Source: Planctomycetota bacterium (GTDB taxonomy: Bacteria; Planctomycetota; SZUA-567; H5-PLA8). Taken from it: 64,000 nucleotides of DNA. Under the pieces are notes generated by a model. The model searched no databases and was not told the origin of the DNA. It saw only the letters and a list, made by a program, of their open reading frames with translations. Positions 63,983-64,000 of this stretch are shown here, one piece after another; the first letter of the stretch is position 1; each line of letters starts with the position of its first letter. The translations under genes were made by a program, and so were the position numbers. Where the stretch lies: the NCBI GenBank assembly GCA_038227045.1, contig JBBRQD010000010.1:2868-66867 (forward strand). Direction: 5' to 3'.

Positions 63983-64000
63983 AATTGTTCAACCATTCTT

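Overview
This is a 64-kb chromosomal segment of roughly 55-60% GC (estimated by eye). Its gene content suggests a PVC-superphylum bacterium (Verrucomicrobiota/Planctomycetota-like). That assignment is an inference from the mix of giant secreted multidomain proteins, an FGE-sulfatase-type enzyme, a four-helix-bundle gene, an orphan T2SS-F gene, NHL and roadblock proteins, and SD-poor starts.

I call about 44 protein-coding genes. Housekeeping genes: ispG, metG, pyrB-pyrC, uppP, DUF485-actP, a GntP permease, a DsbD-like reductase, a radical-SAM protein and glutathione peroxidase. Envelope or secreted proteins: an S53 sedolisin with CARDB/PKD domains, a CAP-domain protein, a 2074-aa alpha-2-macroglobulin with a CTEQ thioester, GH16, NHL and LysM proteins, and a porin. 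The rest are hypotheticals. I recognised no rRNA, tRNA, CRISPR array, transposase or integrase.

Three small low-GC islets stand out:
- a decayed integrated remnant at the 3' end of the M20 peptidase gene (3741-4545);
- a PIN toxin-antitoxin pair (24350-25140);
- a four-helix-bundle (23S-rRNA-IVS-type) gene enclosed by 36-bp inverted repeats inside a co-oriented gene string (36776-37391).

The most unusual property of the window is its intergenic architecture. At least five sequence-distinct families of long palindromic elements occupy gene junctions. One is a ~120-nt CCCTCCGGG-box element present at three convergent junctions with covarying stems. Two telomere-like (GGGTTA)n G-tracts lie directly upstream of minus-strand start codons.

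Other candidates worth follow-up:
- a LacI-type HTH fused to a PilZ domain;
- a C-terminal module shared by two unrelated secreted proteins;
- an OleC/OleD-like pair without OleA/OleB;
- a TPR-roadblock plus roadblock pair without a GTPase;
- a frameshifted porin.

All functional calls rest on motif recognition in the supplied translations. No database search was run.
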